A stretch of 64,000 bases of DNA from an uncultured Spirochaetota bacterium. Lineage in GTDB: Bacteria > Spirochaetota > Spirochaetia > SZUA-6 > Fen-1364. The notes below the pieces were generated by a model, which did not search any database, was not told the origin of the DNA, and was given only the letters and a program-made list of their open reading frames with translations. The position numbers and the translations under genes were made by a program. Below are positions 39,254 through 48,914 of the stretch, piece after piece. Positions within the stretch are counted from its first letter, which is position 1. Every line of letters starts with the position of its first letter. The DNA lies in NCBI GenBank assembly GCA_963781885.1, contig CAWAHW010000002.1, positions 1,024,001 to 1,088,000 of the forward strand, in the 5' to 3' direction.

Positions 39254-40900
39254 ATGAGGAGAGTCATTCTTATATCGATTTTTGCTTTGTCTTTTTTCAT
39301 TGTGGATCTGACGGCGACTGCGGCCCCCGCATCGACCCATACCGTAACGTACGACGGAAACGGGAATACGGGCGGAAGCGTTCCGACGGACAGCAGCAAC
39401 TACATCCAGGGAGCGACTGCCGCCGTGTTAGGGGATAGTGGCAGCCTTGTGAAACGCAATTTCGCTTTGGCCGGATGGATGACGAAGATTGACGGAACCG
39501 GAACGAGTTATGCGGTGGGAGCTACTTTTAGGATGAGCCCCGAGGCGGTGACCTTGTACGCCCTGTGGGTACCTCTTTCTCTCAAATTCAGTAGTTCAAA
39601 GAAAAGCATCGTGATTACTGGATATGCAGTTGCGCCGAAAGGAGCCCTTACCATTCCAGCCGGTATCACCAGCATCGGGCAGTATGCCTTTCAAAATTGC
39701 AAGGGCTTGGTCAGCGTCATTATGCCCTCGAGCGTCACCAGCATCGGAATGGAGGCATTTTTCGATTGCGCGAGCCTGACAATGGTCACTCTCTCCGCCA
39801 ATGTCACCAGCATCGGGCAGTGTGCCTTCTGGAACTGCACGAGCCTATCCGACGTTACTATCCCCGCCGGCATCACCCGCGTGGCCGACGGCGTTTTCCG
39901 GGGCTGCGCGGGCCTGACCAGCATCACCATCCCTTCAGGCGTCACCACCATTGGCAGCGAGGCCTTTTCCGGCTGCGCGGGCCTGACCAGCGTCATTATC
40001 CCCGGGAGCGTCACAGGTATCGGCGAAGGTGCATTTAGCAAATGCACGATCCTCTCCAGCGTCGCTATCCCTTCCTTCGTCACGAGCATTGGCCGCTTTG
40101 CCTTTGAGGGCTGCACCAACCTGACTCGCGTCACCGTTGATCCAGCAAATGCATACTATGAATCCGACAACTCAGGTGTGTTGTTCACAAAGGGTGGTAC
40201 GACTTTGCTACAAGCTCCTGCAAAAATGAGTGGAGATTACGTCCTGCCGGCAAGCGTCATTCACATCGGCGACTTTGCCTTCCAAGAGTGCGCCAGCCTC
40301 ACCAGCGTCACTATCCCTTCCAGCGTCACGAGCATTGGCGAGAATGCCTTTCCGGGCCTCGCCAGCGTCCTTATACCCGCCAGCGTCACCAGCATCGGCG
40401 ACGGCGCGGTTTCGGGAAGCTTCGTCACTGTTGATCCCGCAAATGCATACTATGAATCCGATAGCTCTGGCGTGCTGTTTACAAAGGACGGTGCGACCCT
40501 AATACAAGTGCCAACCGAAATGAATGGAAGCTATGCCGTTCCCGCGAGCGTTACTGTCATCGATCAGTATGCCTTCGGCGGTTGCACGGGCTTGACCAGC
40601 GTCACAATCCCTGCCAGCGTCACCAGCATCGGCTACGGCAATTTTGCTAACTGCCGAGCCCTCACGAGCGTCACAATCCCTGCCAGCGTCACCAGCATCG
40701 GCGAAGGTGCATTCAATAACTGCACGCGATTGACGAGTGTTATCGTCAAAGCGACCATACCGCCGACACTCCCTTCGGGATCGTACGCATTTCATTTTGA
40801 GGCGAGCGGCTTTGTCATCAGAGTTCCCGCGGGAATTGTCGCTGCGTATAAGGCTGCTGCCGGGTGGAGCGATTACGTCTCAAAAATCGTTTCGCAGTAG
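39254..40900 (+). CDS. BspA/TpLRR leucine-rich repeat surface protein with InlB B-repeat
   Basis: VTYDGNGNTGGSVP..FAGW..TLYALW, followed by many LTSVTIP.SVTSIG..AF..C repeats. Confidence 0.92.
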   Translation: MRRVILISIFALSFFIVDLTATAAPASTHTVTYDGNGNTGGSVPTDSSNYIQGATAAVLGDSGSLVKRNFALAGWMTKIDGTGTSYAVGATFRMSPEAVTLYALWVPLSLKFSSSKKSIVITGYAVAPKGALTIPAGITSIGQYAFQNCKGLVSVIMPSSVTSIGMEAFFDCASLTMVTLSANVTSIGQCAFWNCTSLSDVTIPAGITRVADGVFRGCAGLTSITIPSGVTTIGSEAFSGCAGLTSVIIPGSVTGIGEGAFSKCTILSSVAIPSFVTSIGRFAFEGCTNLTRVTVDPANAYYESDNSGVLFTKGGTTLLQAPAKMSGDYVLPASVIHIGDFAFQECASLTSVTIPSSVTSIGENAFPGLASVLIPASVTSIGDGAVSGSFVTVDPANAYYESDSSGVLFTKDGATLIQVPTEMNGSYAVPASVTVIDQYAFGGCTGLTSVTIPASVTSIGYGNFANCRALTSVTIPASVTSIGEGAFNNCTRLTSVIVKATIPPTLPSGSYAFHFEASGFVIRVPAGIVAAYKAAAGWSDYVSKIVSQ

Positions 40901-40991
40901 GCGAAACGGCGTCAACGCGATCCCGTGAGGCTGCCGGAGACCGTCATACCCGGCGAGCGAGGAACGGCCCGAAATAATCCCAAAATTTGTC

Positions 40992-41021
40992 TTTACAAAC
41001 AATCTAACAATATGTTAAAAT
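40992..41021 (+). promoter_or_regulatory. Promoter with an overlapping palindromic operator for the TetR-fliG unit
   Basis: TTTACA...TGTTAAAAT; TAACA-ATA-TGTTA inverted repeat at 41005-41017. Confidence 0.6.
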
Positions 41022-41051
41022 ATTAGAATCTTAGGTCGGCGGGAGGCTTGC

Positions 41052-41651
41052 ATGGCTTCTCACAGAAGAGACGAAATCCTGGCGGCTGCCGGAAACTGTT
41101 TTGCGAAGTTCGGCTTTGAAAAAACGACCCTCGATGATATTGGTGCGCTGGTCGGCGTGAACAAGGTGTCCTTGTATCATTACTTTAAGAACAAAGAAGC
41201 CATTTTTGTCGAACTGATCACCCGGGAAGCCGATGAGTATGGCCAATCGATTCACCGCAAGGTTGATGCCATCAAGTGCTGCAAGGACAAGATCCTCGCC
41301 TGGATAAAAGAAGGCTTTAGGTACAGCACGACGAACAGCATTCTAAACCAGTTCTCCATCGAATCGCTGGACAAGCTGACTCCTCAACTGGAGGAACTGA
41401 AGGTTTACGGGATGAAGAAAGGGATTGAATACATCGAGACAATCCTGATCGACGGCCAGCAAAAGAACGAGGTCATTGCCTGCGATGCACGCCGGGTTGC
41501 GGAATCAATTCAGAACGTCGTGTATGCGATAAAAGATCAGGCGTATCATCAGGCAAGATCCAATCCCGACAGGAAGATGGATTTTGGCAAACTGGTCGAC
41601 GATGTGGTTTTTGCCGTCTCGCTCATACTTGACGGGATTACTTCAAAATAG
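41052..41651 (+). CDS. TetR/AcrR family regulator
   Basis: GFEKTTLDDIGALVGVNKVSLYHYFKNKEAIF; GGGAGG SD. Confidence 0.92.
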   Translation: MASHRRDEILAAAGNCFAKFGFEKTTLDDIGALVGVNKVSLYHYFKNKEAIFVELITREADEYGQSIHRKVDAIKCCKDKILAWIKEGFRYSTTNSILNQFSIESLDKLTPQLEELKVYGMKKGIEYIETILIDGQQKNEVIACDARRVAESIQNVVYAIKDQAYHQARSNPDRKMDFGKLVDDVVFAVSLILDGITSK

Positions 41652-41663
41652 CCGGGGGACATT

Positions 41664-41816
41664 ATGGCAGAACTGGATTTGGAGTTTGCGCGCCTGCTTG
41701 ACGTGGAGAAAACCCCTCCCGGCAAACTGGCGGAATATGGCGCGGCAGTTGTCATGGCGCGCCTGTGGCCCGGGGACGTCGCCGATCTCCTGAGGATTTG
41801 GATCGAGGAGGAGTAG
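41664..41816 (+). CDS. 50-aa microprotein resembling the FliF C-terminal FliG-binding segment
   Basis: Hand translation MAELDLEFARLLDVEKTPPGKLAEYGAAVVMARLWPGDVADLLRIWIEEE*; GGGGG SD-like; stops 3 nt before the fliG ATG. Confidence 0.7.
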   Translation: MAELDLEFARLLDVEKTPPGKLAEYGAAVVMARLWPGDVADLLRIWIEEE

Positions 41817-41819
41817 CGC

Positions 41820-42923
41820 ATGGCAAAACAGGCAGCAAGGGCCGCCGCCGCCCCGCAGGACAAGGCAGGAGCAGGAGCGACGCCACAGGCAAGGCGCGAA
41901 GGCACGAAAGCCGCAGCGTCCAAGAAAGCGCTCACCGGCAGACAAAAGGCGGCGGTGTTCCTCGTCACCCTCGGTTCCGATATAGCCTCCGAGATCTTCA
42001 AGCATCTGCGCGAGGACGAAATCGAGCAACTGACTTTCGAGGTCGCGCGTCTGGAGAGCATCGCCCCCCAGGAGCGCGATGAGGTGCTCCTTGAGTTTCA
42101 CGAGCTGATGATGGCCCAGGAGTTCATCTCCACGGGCGGAATCGACTACGCGCGCGAGCTTTTGGAAAAGTCCCTGGGAGGACAGAAGGCGGTCGATATC
42201 ATCAACCGCCTGACAAGCTCGCTGCAGGTGCGGCCATTCGATTTCGTTCGACGCACGGACCCGTCGCACCTTCTGAACTTGATCCAGCAGGAGCATCCCC
42301 AGACAATCGCCCTGATCCTGGCGTATCTCGAGCCGCAGAAGGCTTCCGTCATCCTCGGCAGCCTCCCGCACGAGATACAGTCCGACGTCGCGAAGCGCAT
42401 CGCCACGATGGACCAGACCTCTCCCGAGGTGCTCCGCGAGGTGGAGCGCGTACTGGAAAAGAAGCTCTCCAGCATGTCATCGGAGGACTACACCGCGGCG
42501 GGCGGAGTGGAGAACATCGTGGACATTCTCAACATGGTCGACCGATCGACGGAGAAGACCATCGTGGAAGCGCTGGAGGAAGATGATCCCGAGCTTGCGG
42601 AGGAGATCAAGAAGCGCATGTTCGTCTTCGAGGATATCGTGCTCCTGGACGATCGCGCCATCCAGAAGGTCATTCGCGAGGTGGATACCGCGGAGCTCGC
42701 CAAGGCCCTGAAGAGCGTGGACTCCGAGGTGCAGGACAAGATCTACCGCAACATCTCCAAACGCGCCTCCACGCTTCTCAAGGAAGACATGGACTACATG
42801 GGCCCGGTCCGGCTGAAAGACGTGGAAGAGGCGCAGCAGCGCATCGTTGCCGTCATCCGCAAGCTGGAAGAGCAGGGGGAAATCGTCGTGGCGCGCGCCG
42901 GAGAGGAAGAGCTGGTGGTATGA
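41820..42923 (+). CDS. fliG: Flagellar motor switch protein FliG (outside the usual fliF-fliG-fliH operon)
   Basis: LTGRQKAAVFL, GGIDYARELL, EHPQTIALIL, MFVFEDI, GPVRLKDVEEAQ. Confidence 0.96.
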   Translation: MAKQAARAAAAPQDKAGAGATPQARREGTKAAASKKALTGRQKAAVFLVTLGSDIASEIFKHLREDEIEQLTFEVARLESIAPQERDEVLLEFHELMMAQEFISTGGIDYARELLEKSLGGQKAVDIINRLTSSLQVRPFDFVRRTDPSHLLNLIQQEHPQTIALILAYLEPQKASVILGSLPHEIQSDVAKRIATMDQTSPEVLREVERVLEKKLSSMSSEDYTAAGGVENIVDILNMVDRSTEKTIVEALEEDDPELAEEIKKRMFVFEDIVLLDDRAIQKVIREVDTAELAKALKSVDSEVQDKIYRNISKRASTLLKEDMDYMGPVRLKDVEEAQQRIVAVIRKLEEQGEIVVARAGEEELVV

Positions 42924-43441
42924 TGGTCGACTATAGAAAGCTCACCGAGCCATCGGTCCAGGTTGCGGAGGCTCTCACCCGCTGGGAGAACGACCCGGAG
43001 CTTGTTCCATTCACGCGGTATTGCAAGAACCAGGAGGAATGGGAAAGAAAAAAGATCGTCAGCCCCGACGGCCTTGCCGAGCGGATGCGGCGTCAGACGA
43101 TCTACCTCGTCTATCTGGACGACCATTTGATCGGCGAGCTGAGCTATGAAATTGACCCCGCGCTTTTGTACAAGAAGGAAAAAGGAACCGCCTGGATAGG
43201 CATTGTCCTCGGCGAGGAGATCGGGCGCGGCAGGGGAATCGGAGGCGGCGCGATGCAGTACCTGGAGGATCAGATCAGGATCGCCGGCTACAAGAGAATT
43301 GAGCTGGGCGTTTTCGAGTTCAATGCCAGGGCTAGAGCACTGTACCGCAAAGTTGGCTACGTCGAGATCGGCAGGATCCAGGCCTTCACCTGGTGGCAGG
43401 GAAAAATGTGGCAGGACATCCGGATGGAAAAACTCCTGTAA
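42920..43441 (+). CDS. GNAT family N-acetyltransferase (RimJ/RimL-like)
   Basis: GRGRGIG acetyl-CoA motif, LGVFEFNARARALYRKVGY; ATGA overlap with fliG. Confidence 0.88.
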   Translation: MMVDYRKLTEPSVQVAEALTRWENDPELVPFTRYCKNQEEWERKKIVSPDGLAERMRRQTIYLVYLDDHLIGELSYEIDPALLYKKEKGTAWIGIVLGEEIGRGRGIGGGAMQYLEDQIRIAGYKRIELGVFEFNARARALYRKVGYVEIGRIQAFTWWQGKMWQDIRMEKLL

Positions 43442-43477
43442 GCCGCTCTGCCGATGCGCGCGGTCGAGCGTGCATTC

Positions 43478-45058
43478 TCATCCCTCCCCGTTCGCGACGA
43501 AGTTGTTGTAGTAGTATTCCAGCCCGTCGATCAGCGCCTGCCAGGATGCCTCGATGATGTTTTCATCCACCCCGACCGTGTCCCACGTCTGCTCGCCGTC
43601 GGAAGTCGTAATGAAGACGCGGACGCGCGCCGCCGTTGCCCGCTCTGGATCCAACACGCGCACCCGGTAATCGGTGAGCTTCAGCTTTTTCAAAAAGGGG
43701 TGGAGGGGAAGGAGGGCGTCGCGGAGCGCGCCATTGAGCGTATCGACGGGGCCGTCGCCGACGGCCGCGCCCATGAGCAGGTTGCCGTTGGCGCGGACAA
43801 AGAGCCGGCCCACGGTCTTCGCCGGTGTGCCGACCGACTTGTAGTTCTCCAGGTGGTAGTTGCTGAGCTCCAGGAGCGATTTGTACTGGCCGAGGGCGCG
43901 CCGGATCACAAGATCGAATGACGCCTCGGCTGCCTCGTACTCGAAACCCTTTTCCTCCAGCTCCTTGAGCTCGACGAGGAGCCGCGCGACGATTTCCGAT
44001 GACTTCTCGAAGTCGCCATACCGGGCCATCTTTTTCACGATCGTGGATTTGCCGGCGAGCTCGGAAAGCAGGACGCGGCGCTCATTACCCACCAGGGCCC
44101 CGTCCACGTGCTCCATGAGGCGCGGCGCCTTGCTGATCACGTCGGCATGCTGTCCCGCCTTGTGGGAGAAGGCGGCCTCGCCGACGTAGGGCTGGCGCTT
44201 GTCGGGGATGATGTTCGCTTTCTCCGCGACGAAGCGCGAAAGCGCGGTGAGAAGCGCGAGGTTGGCGCAGGCAGCGGCACCGTCATTCATCTTCAGGCAC
44301 AGGGTGGGGATCAGCGTGCAGAGATTCATGTTCCCGCAGCGCTCGCCCCAGCCGTTGATCGTGCCCTGCACGTGCACGGCGCCGTGCGCGATGCCGGCGA
44401 GCGTGTTGGCGATGGCATTGCCGGTGTCGTCGTGGAAGTGCACCCCGAAAGCACCCAGCTCCTTCATCGGCAGCTCGGAGATGATGCGGGCCACCTCCGA
44501 CGGGAGGGTGCCGCCGTTGGTGTCGCAGAGCACGAGGCAATCGGCGCCCGCGTCGCGGGCCGCGCGCAGCGCGGCAAGGGCATACGCGGGGTCATCCTTG
44601 TAGCCGTCGAAAAAATGCTCCAGATCGTAGAAGACCTCGCGCCCCGCCGCCTTCAGGGCGGCGAGTGAATCCGCGATCATGCGGAGATTCTCCTCTTCCG
44701 TCGTCTGGAGCACCTCGCGCACGTGGGCCTTCCAGGTCTTTCCCACCACGATGACGGTGGGGGTTTCCGCCTGCAGGAGCGCCGTGATCTGCGGATCCGT
44801 ATCGGCCTTGCCCATGGGCCTGCGCGTCGAACCGAATGCCACGACCTTCGCGTGGCGAAGGCTCTCCTTGCGCATCCGCTGGAAGAACTCGCTCTCCTTG
44901 CGGTTGGAAAGGGGAAAACCGCCCTCGATGTAGTCGATGCCCAACTCGTCCATGGCCAGCGCGATCTGGACCTTGTCCTCCAGCGTATAGCTGATGCCCT
45001 GGCCCTGCATGCCGTCCCGTAACGTCGTGTCATAGATGACCGTGCGCCGGCCGCTCAT
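43478..45058 (-). CDS. cimA: Citramalate synthase
   Basis: YDTTLRDGMQG, IEGGFP.SN, AFGSTRR, VGKTW, EHFFDG, HKAG.H. Confidence 0.88.
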   Translation of the reverse strand: MSGRRTVIYDTTLRDGMQGQGISYTLEDKVQIALAMDELGIDYIEGGFPLSNRKESEFFQRMRKESLRHAKVVAFGSTRRPMGKADTDPQITALLQAETPTVIVVGKTWKAHVREVLQTTEEENLRMIADSLAALKAAGREVFYDLEHFFDGYKDDPAYALAALRAARDAGADCLVLCDTNGGTLPSEVARIISELPMKELGAFGVHFHDDTGNAIANTLAGIAHGAVHVQGTINGWGERCGNMNLCTLIPTLCLKMNDGAAACANLALLTALSRFVAEKANIIPDKRQPYVGEAAFSHKAGQHADVISKAPRLMEHVDGALVGNERRVLLSELAGKSTIVKKMARYGDFEKSSEIVARLLVELKELEEKGFEYEAAEASFDLVIRRALGQYKSLLELSNYHLENYKSVGTPAKTVGRLFVRANGNLLMGAAVGDGPVDTLNGALRDALLPLHPFLKKLKLTDYRVRVLDPERATAARVRVFITTSDGEQTWDTVGVDENIIEASWQALIDGLEYYYNNFVANGEG

Positions 45059-45561
45059 ATCGCCTCCCGTCGGAAATCGGACGTCGAGAGAAGATACGGC
45101 ATCCAGCCCCCGGCGGCGATCACCGCTTCCATGAAGGGAGGGTACGGCTTCAACCGGACCTCGGCCCCCGTGGGCAAGAGGAGAAATCCCCTCTGGAGAT
45201 CGATGTCGATCTCATCGCCTTCCTTCACGAGCGCCGTGATTCCCGCGGCCTCGACGATGGGAAGGCCGATGTTGATGGCATTGCGGAAGAAGATGCGGGC
45301 GAAGCTGTCCGCGACCACGCAGGCGATGCCCGCCGCCTTGAGCGCAATTGGCGCGTGCTCGCGGGAGGACCCGCAGCCGAAGTTGCGGCCTGCCACCATG
45401 ATGCTTCCCGCCTGGACGCTCGCCGCGAATCCGGGCCGCACGTCCTCCATGCAGTGGGCGGCAAGCTCCTTGGGATCGGTGGTGACAAGGTGGCGGGCAG
45501 GGACGATCTCGTCCGTATTCACATCGTTGCCGAACACAACGGCGTGTCCTTTCAAGCGCAT
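45055..45561 (-). CDS. leuD: 3-isopropylmalate dehydratase small subunit
   Basis: DVNTDEIVPA, NFGCGSSREHA, SFARIFFRNAINIGL. Confidence 0.92.
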   Translation of the reverse strand: MRLKGHAVVFGNDVNTDEIVPARHLVTTDPKELAAHCMEDVRPGFAASVQAGSIMVAGRNFGCGSSREHAPIALKAAGIACVVADSFARIFFRNAINIGLPIVEAAGITALVKEGDEIDIDLQRGFLLLPTGAEVRLKPYPPFMEAVIAAGGWMPYLLSTSDFRREAI

Positions 45562-46831
45562 CAGATGCCTCCTTTGCCGGCGACTTCTCCGGGCTTGCCA
45601 CCCGTCCCGCGACCGCGCTTGCCGCTGCCGTGGCCGCCGATGCAAGGTAGACCTCGCTCGTGCGGTGCCCCATGCGGCCGACGAAGTTCCTGTTCGTTGT
45701 CGACACGCAGCGCTCCCCGTCGGCAAGGATGCCCATGTGACCGCCCAGGCAGGGCCCGCACGTGGGAGGGGATATGACCGCCCCCGCATCGAGAAAGACC
45801 TCGAAGAGCCCTTCCTGCAACGCCTGGCGATACACACCCGGCGTGGCGGGAATCACGATGCAGCGGGTGCCCGCGGCCACCTTGCGGCCTTCGAGCACGG
45901 ACGCGGCAAGACGCAGATCCTCGATCCGGCCGTTCGTGCAGCTTCCGATGATCACCTGGTCGATGCGCGTGTCATGCACGTCGCCTGCCGGATGGATGTT
46001 CTGCGGCAGGTGCGGTGCGGCCACCAAAGGCTCGAGCGCCGAGACATCCATGCGCACGACCTTCTCATATGTGGCATCCTTGTCCGGCGCGACGTGCGTC
46101 CAGGCCCGTTTCGTCCTGTGCGCAAGGTAGTCGGTCACCTTTGCATCGGTCGCGAATATGCCGTTTTTCGCGCCTGCCTCCACGGCCATATTCGCCATCG
46201 TGAGCCTTGCTTCGACGGAAAGGGCGTCGACCGTGGTGCCGCCGATCTCGAGTGACTTGTATGCCGCTCCCGACACGCCAATTGTGCCGATGAGCGCGAG
46301 GATGAGGTCCTTCCCGGTCACCCACGGCCGAAGCGTCCCGTTGAAATCCACCCGTATCGTCGGCGGCACGCGGAGCCACGCCTTGCCAGTGAGATAGAAA
46401 CCCGCGAGGTCGGTGGATCCCATGCCCGTGGAAAAGGCACCCAGCGCGCCATGCGTGCAGGTGTGCGAGTCGGCGCCGATGACGAGCATGCCCGGGACGA
46501 TCGCGCCGAGCTCCGGCAGGAGGGCATGCTCGACGCCGACCTCGCCCTGCTCGAAGAAATGCGTGCCGGGGTGGCGCCGGCTGAAATCGCGCAGCACCTT
46601 GGCCTGCTGCGCCGAAGCGATGTCTTTGTTCGGCGTGAAGTGGTCCGCGACCAGCCAGACGCGCTCGGGATAGCGGCAGACCTGTGCCCCCGTCTTCTCG
46701 AACTCCTCGATGGCGATCGGCGCGGTGATGTCGTTGGCCAGGCCGAGATCGGGCTCGATCAGGAGGAACTCACCGGGCGTCACCGTTTCACGACCCGCGG
46801 CCCGCGCCAGGATCTTCTCGAACAGTGTCAT
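45561..46831 (-). CDS. leuC: 3-isopropylmalate dehydratase large subunit (probable frameshift near 45590)
   Basis: DH, GADSHTCT, IGSCTNGR, CGPCLG, TNRNF.GRMG; the likely true stop is a TGA overlapping the leuD ATG. Confidence 0.9.
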
Positions 46832-48362
46832 GCGAATCTCCTTCGCCCTTGCGCGCGGCCTGATAGGCCTTCCACCGGTTGAGGGCGTTCACGTACGCCT
46901 TGGCGCTCGCTTCCAGGATGTCCGTGGAAGCCCCGCGGCCGACAAACTTGCGGCCGTCGATTTCCAGGGAAACGCTCACCTCGCCGATTGCCTGTTTCCC
47001 GGGTGTGACCGCCTGCACGATGTATTCGAGGAGCTTCGTCGTGAGGCCCAATGCGCGGTCGATGGCGTTGAAGATCGCGTCCACGGGCCCGTCGCCGGTG
47101 GCAGCCTCCTCGTGGCGATCGCCGCCCGAGCTGATCCGGACGGTTGCCGTGGGCACCGCGACGTTCCCGGACTGGATGTTGAAGTACTCCAGGCCGAATG
47201 TCTCCGTCTCGCGCCCGAGCTGGTCGGCGACGATGACGTACAGGTCGTCGTCGTAGACCTCCTTCTTGCGGTCCGCGATCTCCAGGAAACGCTCGTAGGC
47301 CTTCTTTGCATCTGCCTCCGCCACCTCCAGACCCAGCTCGGCGAGCCTGTTGCGGAAGCCGTGCAGACCGGAATCCCGGCCCAGAACGAGCTGGCTCGCG
47401 TCGCGCCCCACCGACTCGGGCGTCATGATCTCGTAGGTCTCGCGCTTCTTCAAAACGCCGTCCTGGTGGATGCCCGATTCGTGGGCGAATGCATTTTCGC
47501 CGGTAATGGGCTTGTTGCGCGGGATGGGAAAACCGATGGTGTTCGCCAGGAGCCGCGCCGTGTTCCATATCTGGCGCGTGTTGATGCCGGTGGTGTACGG
47601 GAGGATGTCCTTGCGCACCGAAAGCGCCATCACGAACTCCTCCAGGGATGCGTTGCCCGCGCGCTCACCGATCCCGCTGATCGTCACCTCGACCTGACGC
47701 GCCCCGGCGCGCACGGCCGCAACCGAGTTCGCCACCGCCATGCCCAGGTCATTGTGGCAGTGCACGGAGAGCACGGCCTTGTCCATGTTGGGCGTGCCTT
47801 GGACGATCGCGCGCAGGAAGTCGAAGAACTCCGTCGGCGTCGTGTATCCCACCGTGTCAGGGACATTGATGATCCGCGCCCCCGCCGCGATGACGGCGGA
47901 GATCACGCGGCAGAGGAAGGCGACGTCGCTGCGGGTGGCGTCCTCAGGTGAAAACTCCACCTCGGCCGCCTTGTTCCGCGCGTGGCGCACGGCGGCAACC
48001 GCCATTTCCAGCACCTCGTCGGGCTTCTTCCTGAGCTTGTATTCCATGTGCAGCGGCGAGGTGGCGAGGAAGGTATGGATGCGCGGATGCTCGGCGTCGC
48101 GTATCGACTCGGCGGCACAGTCGATGTCCTTTTCGACTGCCCGCGCAAGGGCCGCGATGGTCGCGCCGCGCACCTGCCGGGCAATCAGCTTGCAGCCCTC
48201 GAGCTGGTGGGGTGACGAGATGGGGAAGCCTGCCTCGATGACGTCCACGCCCAGCCGGCCGAGCTGGACGGCGAGCTCGAGCTTCTGCTCCACGCTCATC
48301 GATGCGCCGGGCGACTGCTCCCCGTCGCGCAGTGTCGTGTCGAAAATGCTGATGCGGTCCAT
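46788..48362 (-). CDS. leuA: 2-isopropylmalate synthase
   Basis: IFDTTLRDGEQSPG, HCHNDLG, GIGERAGN, AHESGIHQDG, GDGPVDA. Confidence 0.95.
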   Translation of the reverse strand: MDRISIFDTTLRDGEQSPGASMSVEQKLELAVQLGRLGVDVIEAGFPISSPHQLEGCKLIARQVRGATIAALARAVEKDIDCAAESIRDAEHPRIHTFLATSPLHMEYKLRKKPDEVLEMAVAAVRHARNKAAEVEFSPEDATRSDVAFLCRVISAVIAAGARIINVPDTVGYTTPTEFFDFLRAIVQGTPNMDKAVLSVHCHNDLGMAVANSVAAVRAGARQVEVTISGIGERAGNASLEEFVMALSVRKDILPYTTGINTRQIWNTARLLANTIGFPIPRNKPITGENAFAHESGIHQDGVLKKRETYEIMTPESVGRDASQLVLGRDSGLHGFRNRLAELGLEVAEADAKKAYERFLEIADRKKEVYDDDLYVIVADQLGRETETFGLEYFNIQSGNVAVPTATVRISSGGDRHEEAATGDGPVDAIFNAIDRALGLTTKLLEYIVQAVTPGKQAIGEVSVSLEIDGRKFVGRGASTDILEASAKAYVNALNRWKAYQAARKGEGDSHDTVREDPGAGRGS

Positions 48363-48375
48363 GACGGTACTCCTT

Positions 48376-48903
48376 TCACTCCTCATCCGATTCGCCGCGG
48401 CCGCCGGTCGTCACCGGCACCGCGCTTTTCCTGCTGCGCTCCATTGCCACGATCCCGCTGCGCGCCATCTCCACGATTCCGTACGGAAGGAGGAGAGCGA
48501 TCAGGTCGTCGATCTTTTCCGGCGACCCGCTGAGCTCGATCGACATCGTGTCGAAACCCACGTCCATGACCTGTGCCTTGAAGACGTCGGCCACCTGGAA
48601 TATCTCCCCCCTTTGGGCCGCCTGCGCGCTCACTTTCACGAGCATGAGCTCGCGGTTGAGGCAGGGCACGCCGGTGAGCTCCGTCACCGTGATCACGTCC
48701 ACCAGGCGGTTGAGCTGCTTCTTGATCTGCTCCACCACCGCGTCGTCGCCGGTGCAGGCCAGGGTGATGCGCGACACGGTGGGGTCGGTGGTGGTGCCCG
48801 CGGTGATGCTCTCCACGTTGTAGCCGCGTCCCGACAGGAGCCCCGATATGCGGGCCAGGACTCCCTGCTGGTTTTCCACGTGCAGCGATATGATATGCGT
48901 CAT
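48376..48903 (-). CDS. ilvN: Acetolactate synthase small subunit
   Basis: VENQQGVLARISGL..RGYNVES, KQLNRL, EMARSG. Confidence 0.93.
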   Translation of the reverse strand: MTHIISLHVENQQGVLARISGLLSGRGYNVESITAGTTTDPTVSRITLACTGDDAVVEQIKKQLNRLVDVITVTELTGVPCLNRELMLVKVSAQAAQRGEIFQVADVFKAQVMDVGFDTMSIELSGSPEKIDDLIALLLPYGIVEMARSGIVAMERSRKSAVPVTTGGRGESDEE

Positions 48904-48914
48904 CTCACTCCCCC

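Noticed and set aside
39640-40720. Nucleotide-level repeats such as CAGCGTCACCAGCATCGG
   Set aside because: Explained by the BspA leucine-rich protein repeats
36237-43441. Integrative element or prophage at tRNA-Glu
   Set aside because: No integrase, transposase, phage gene or duplicated tRNA 3' end seen
45212-45560. Long C-terminal extension of LeuC overlapping leuD
   Set aside because: It is an out-of-frame read of leuD; a one-base correction gives ..EVAGKGGI* with a TGATG overlap
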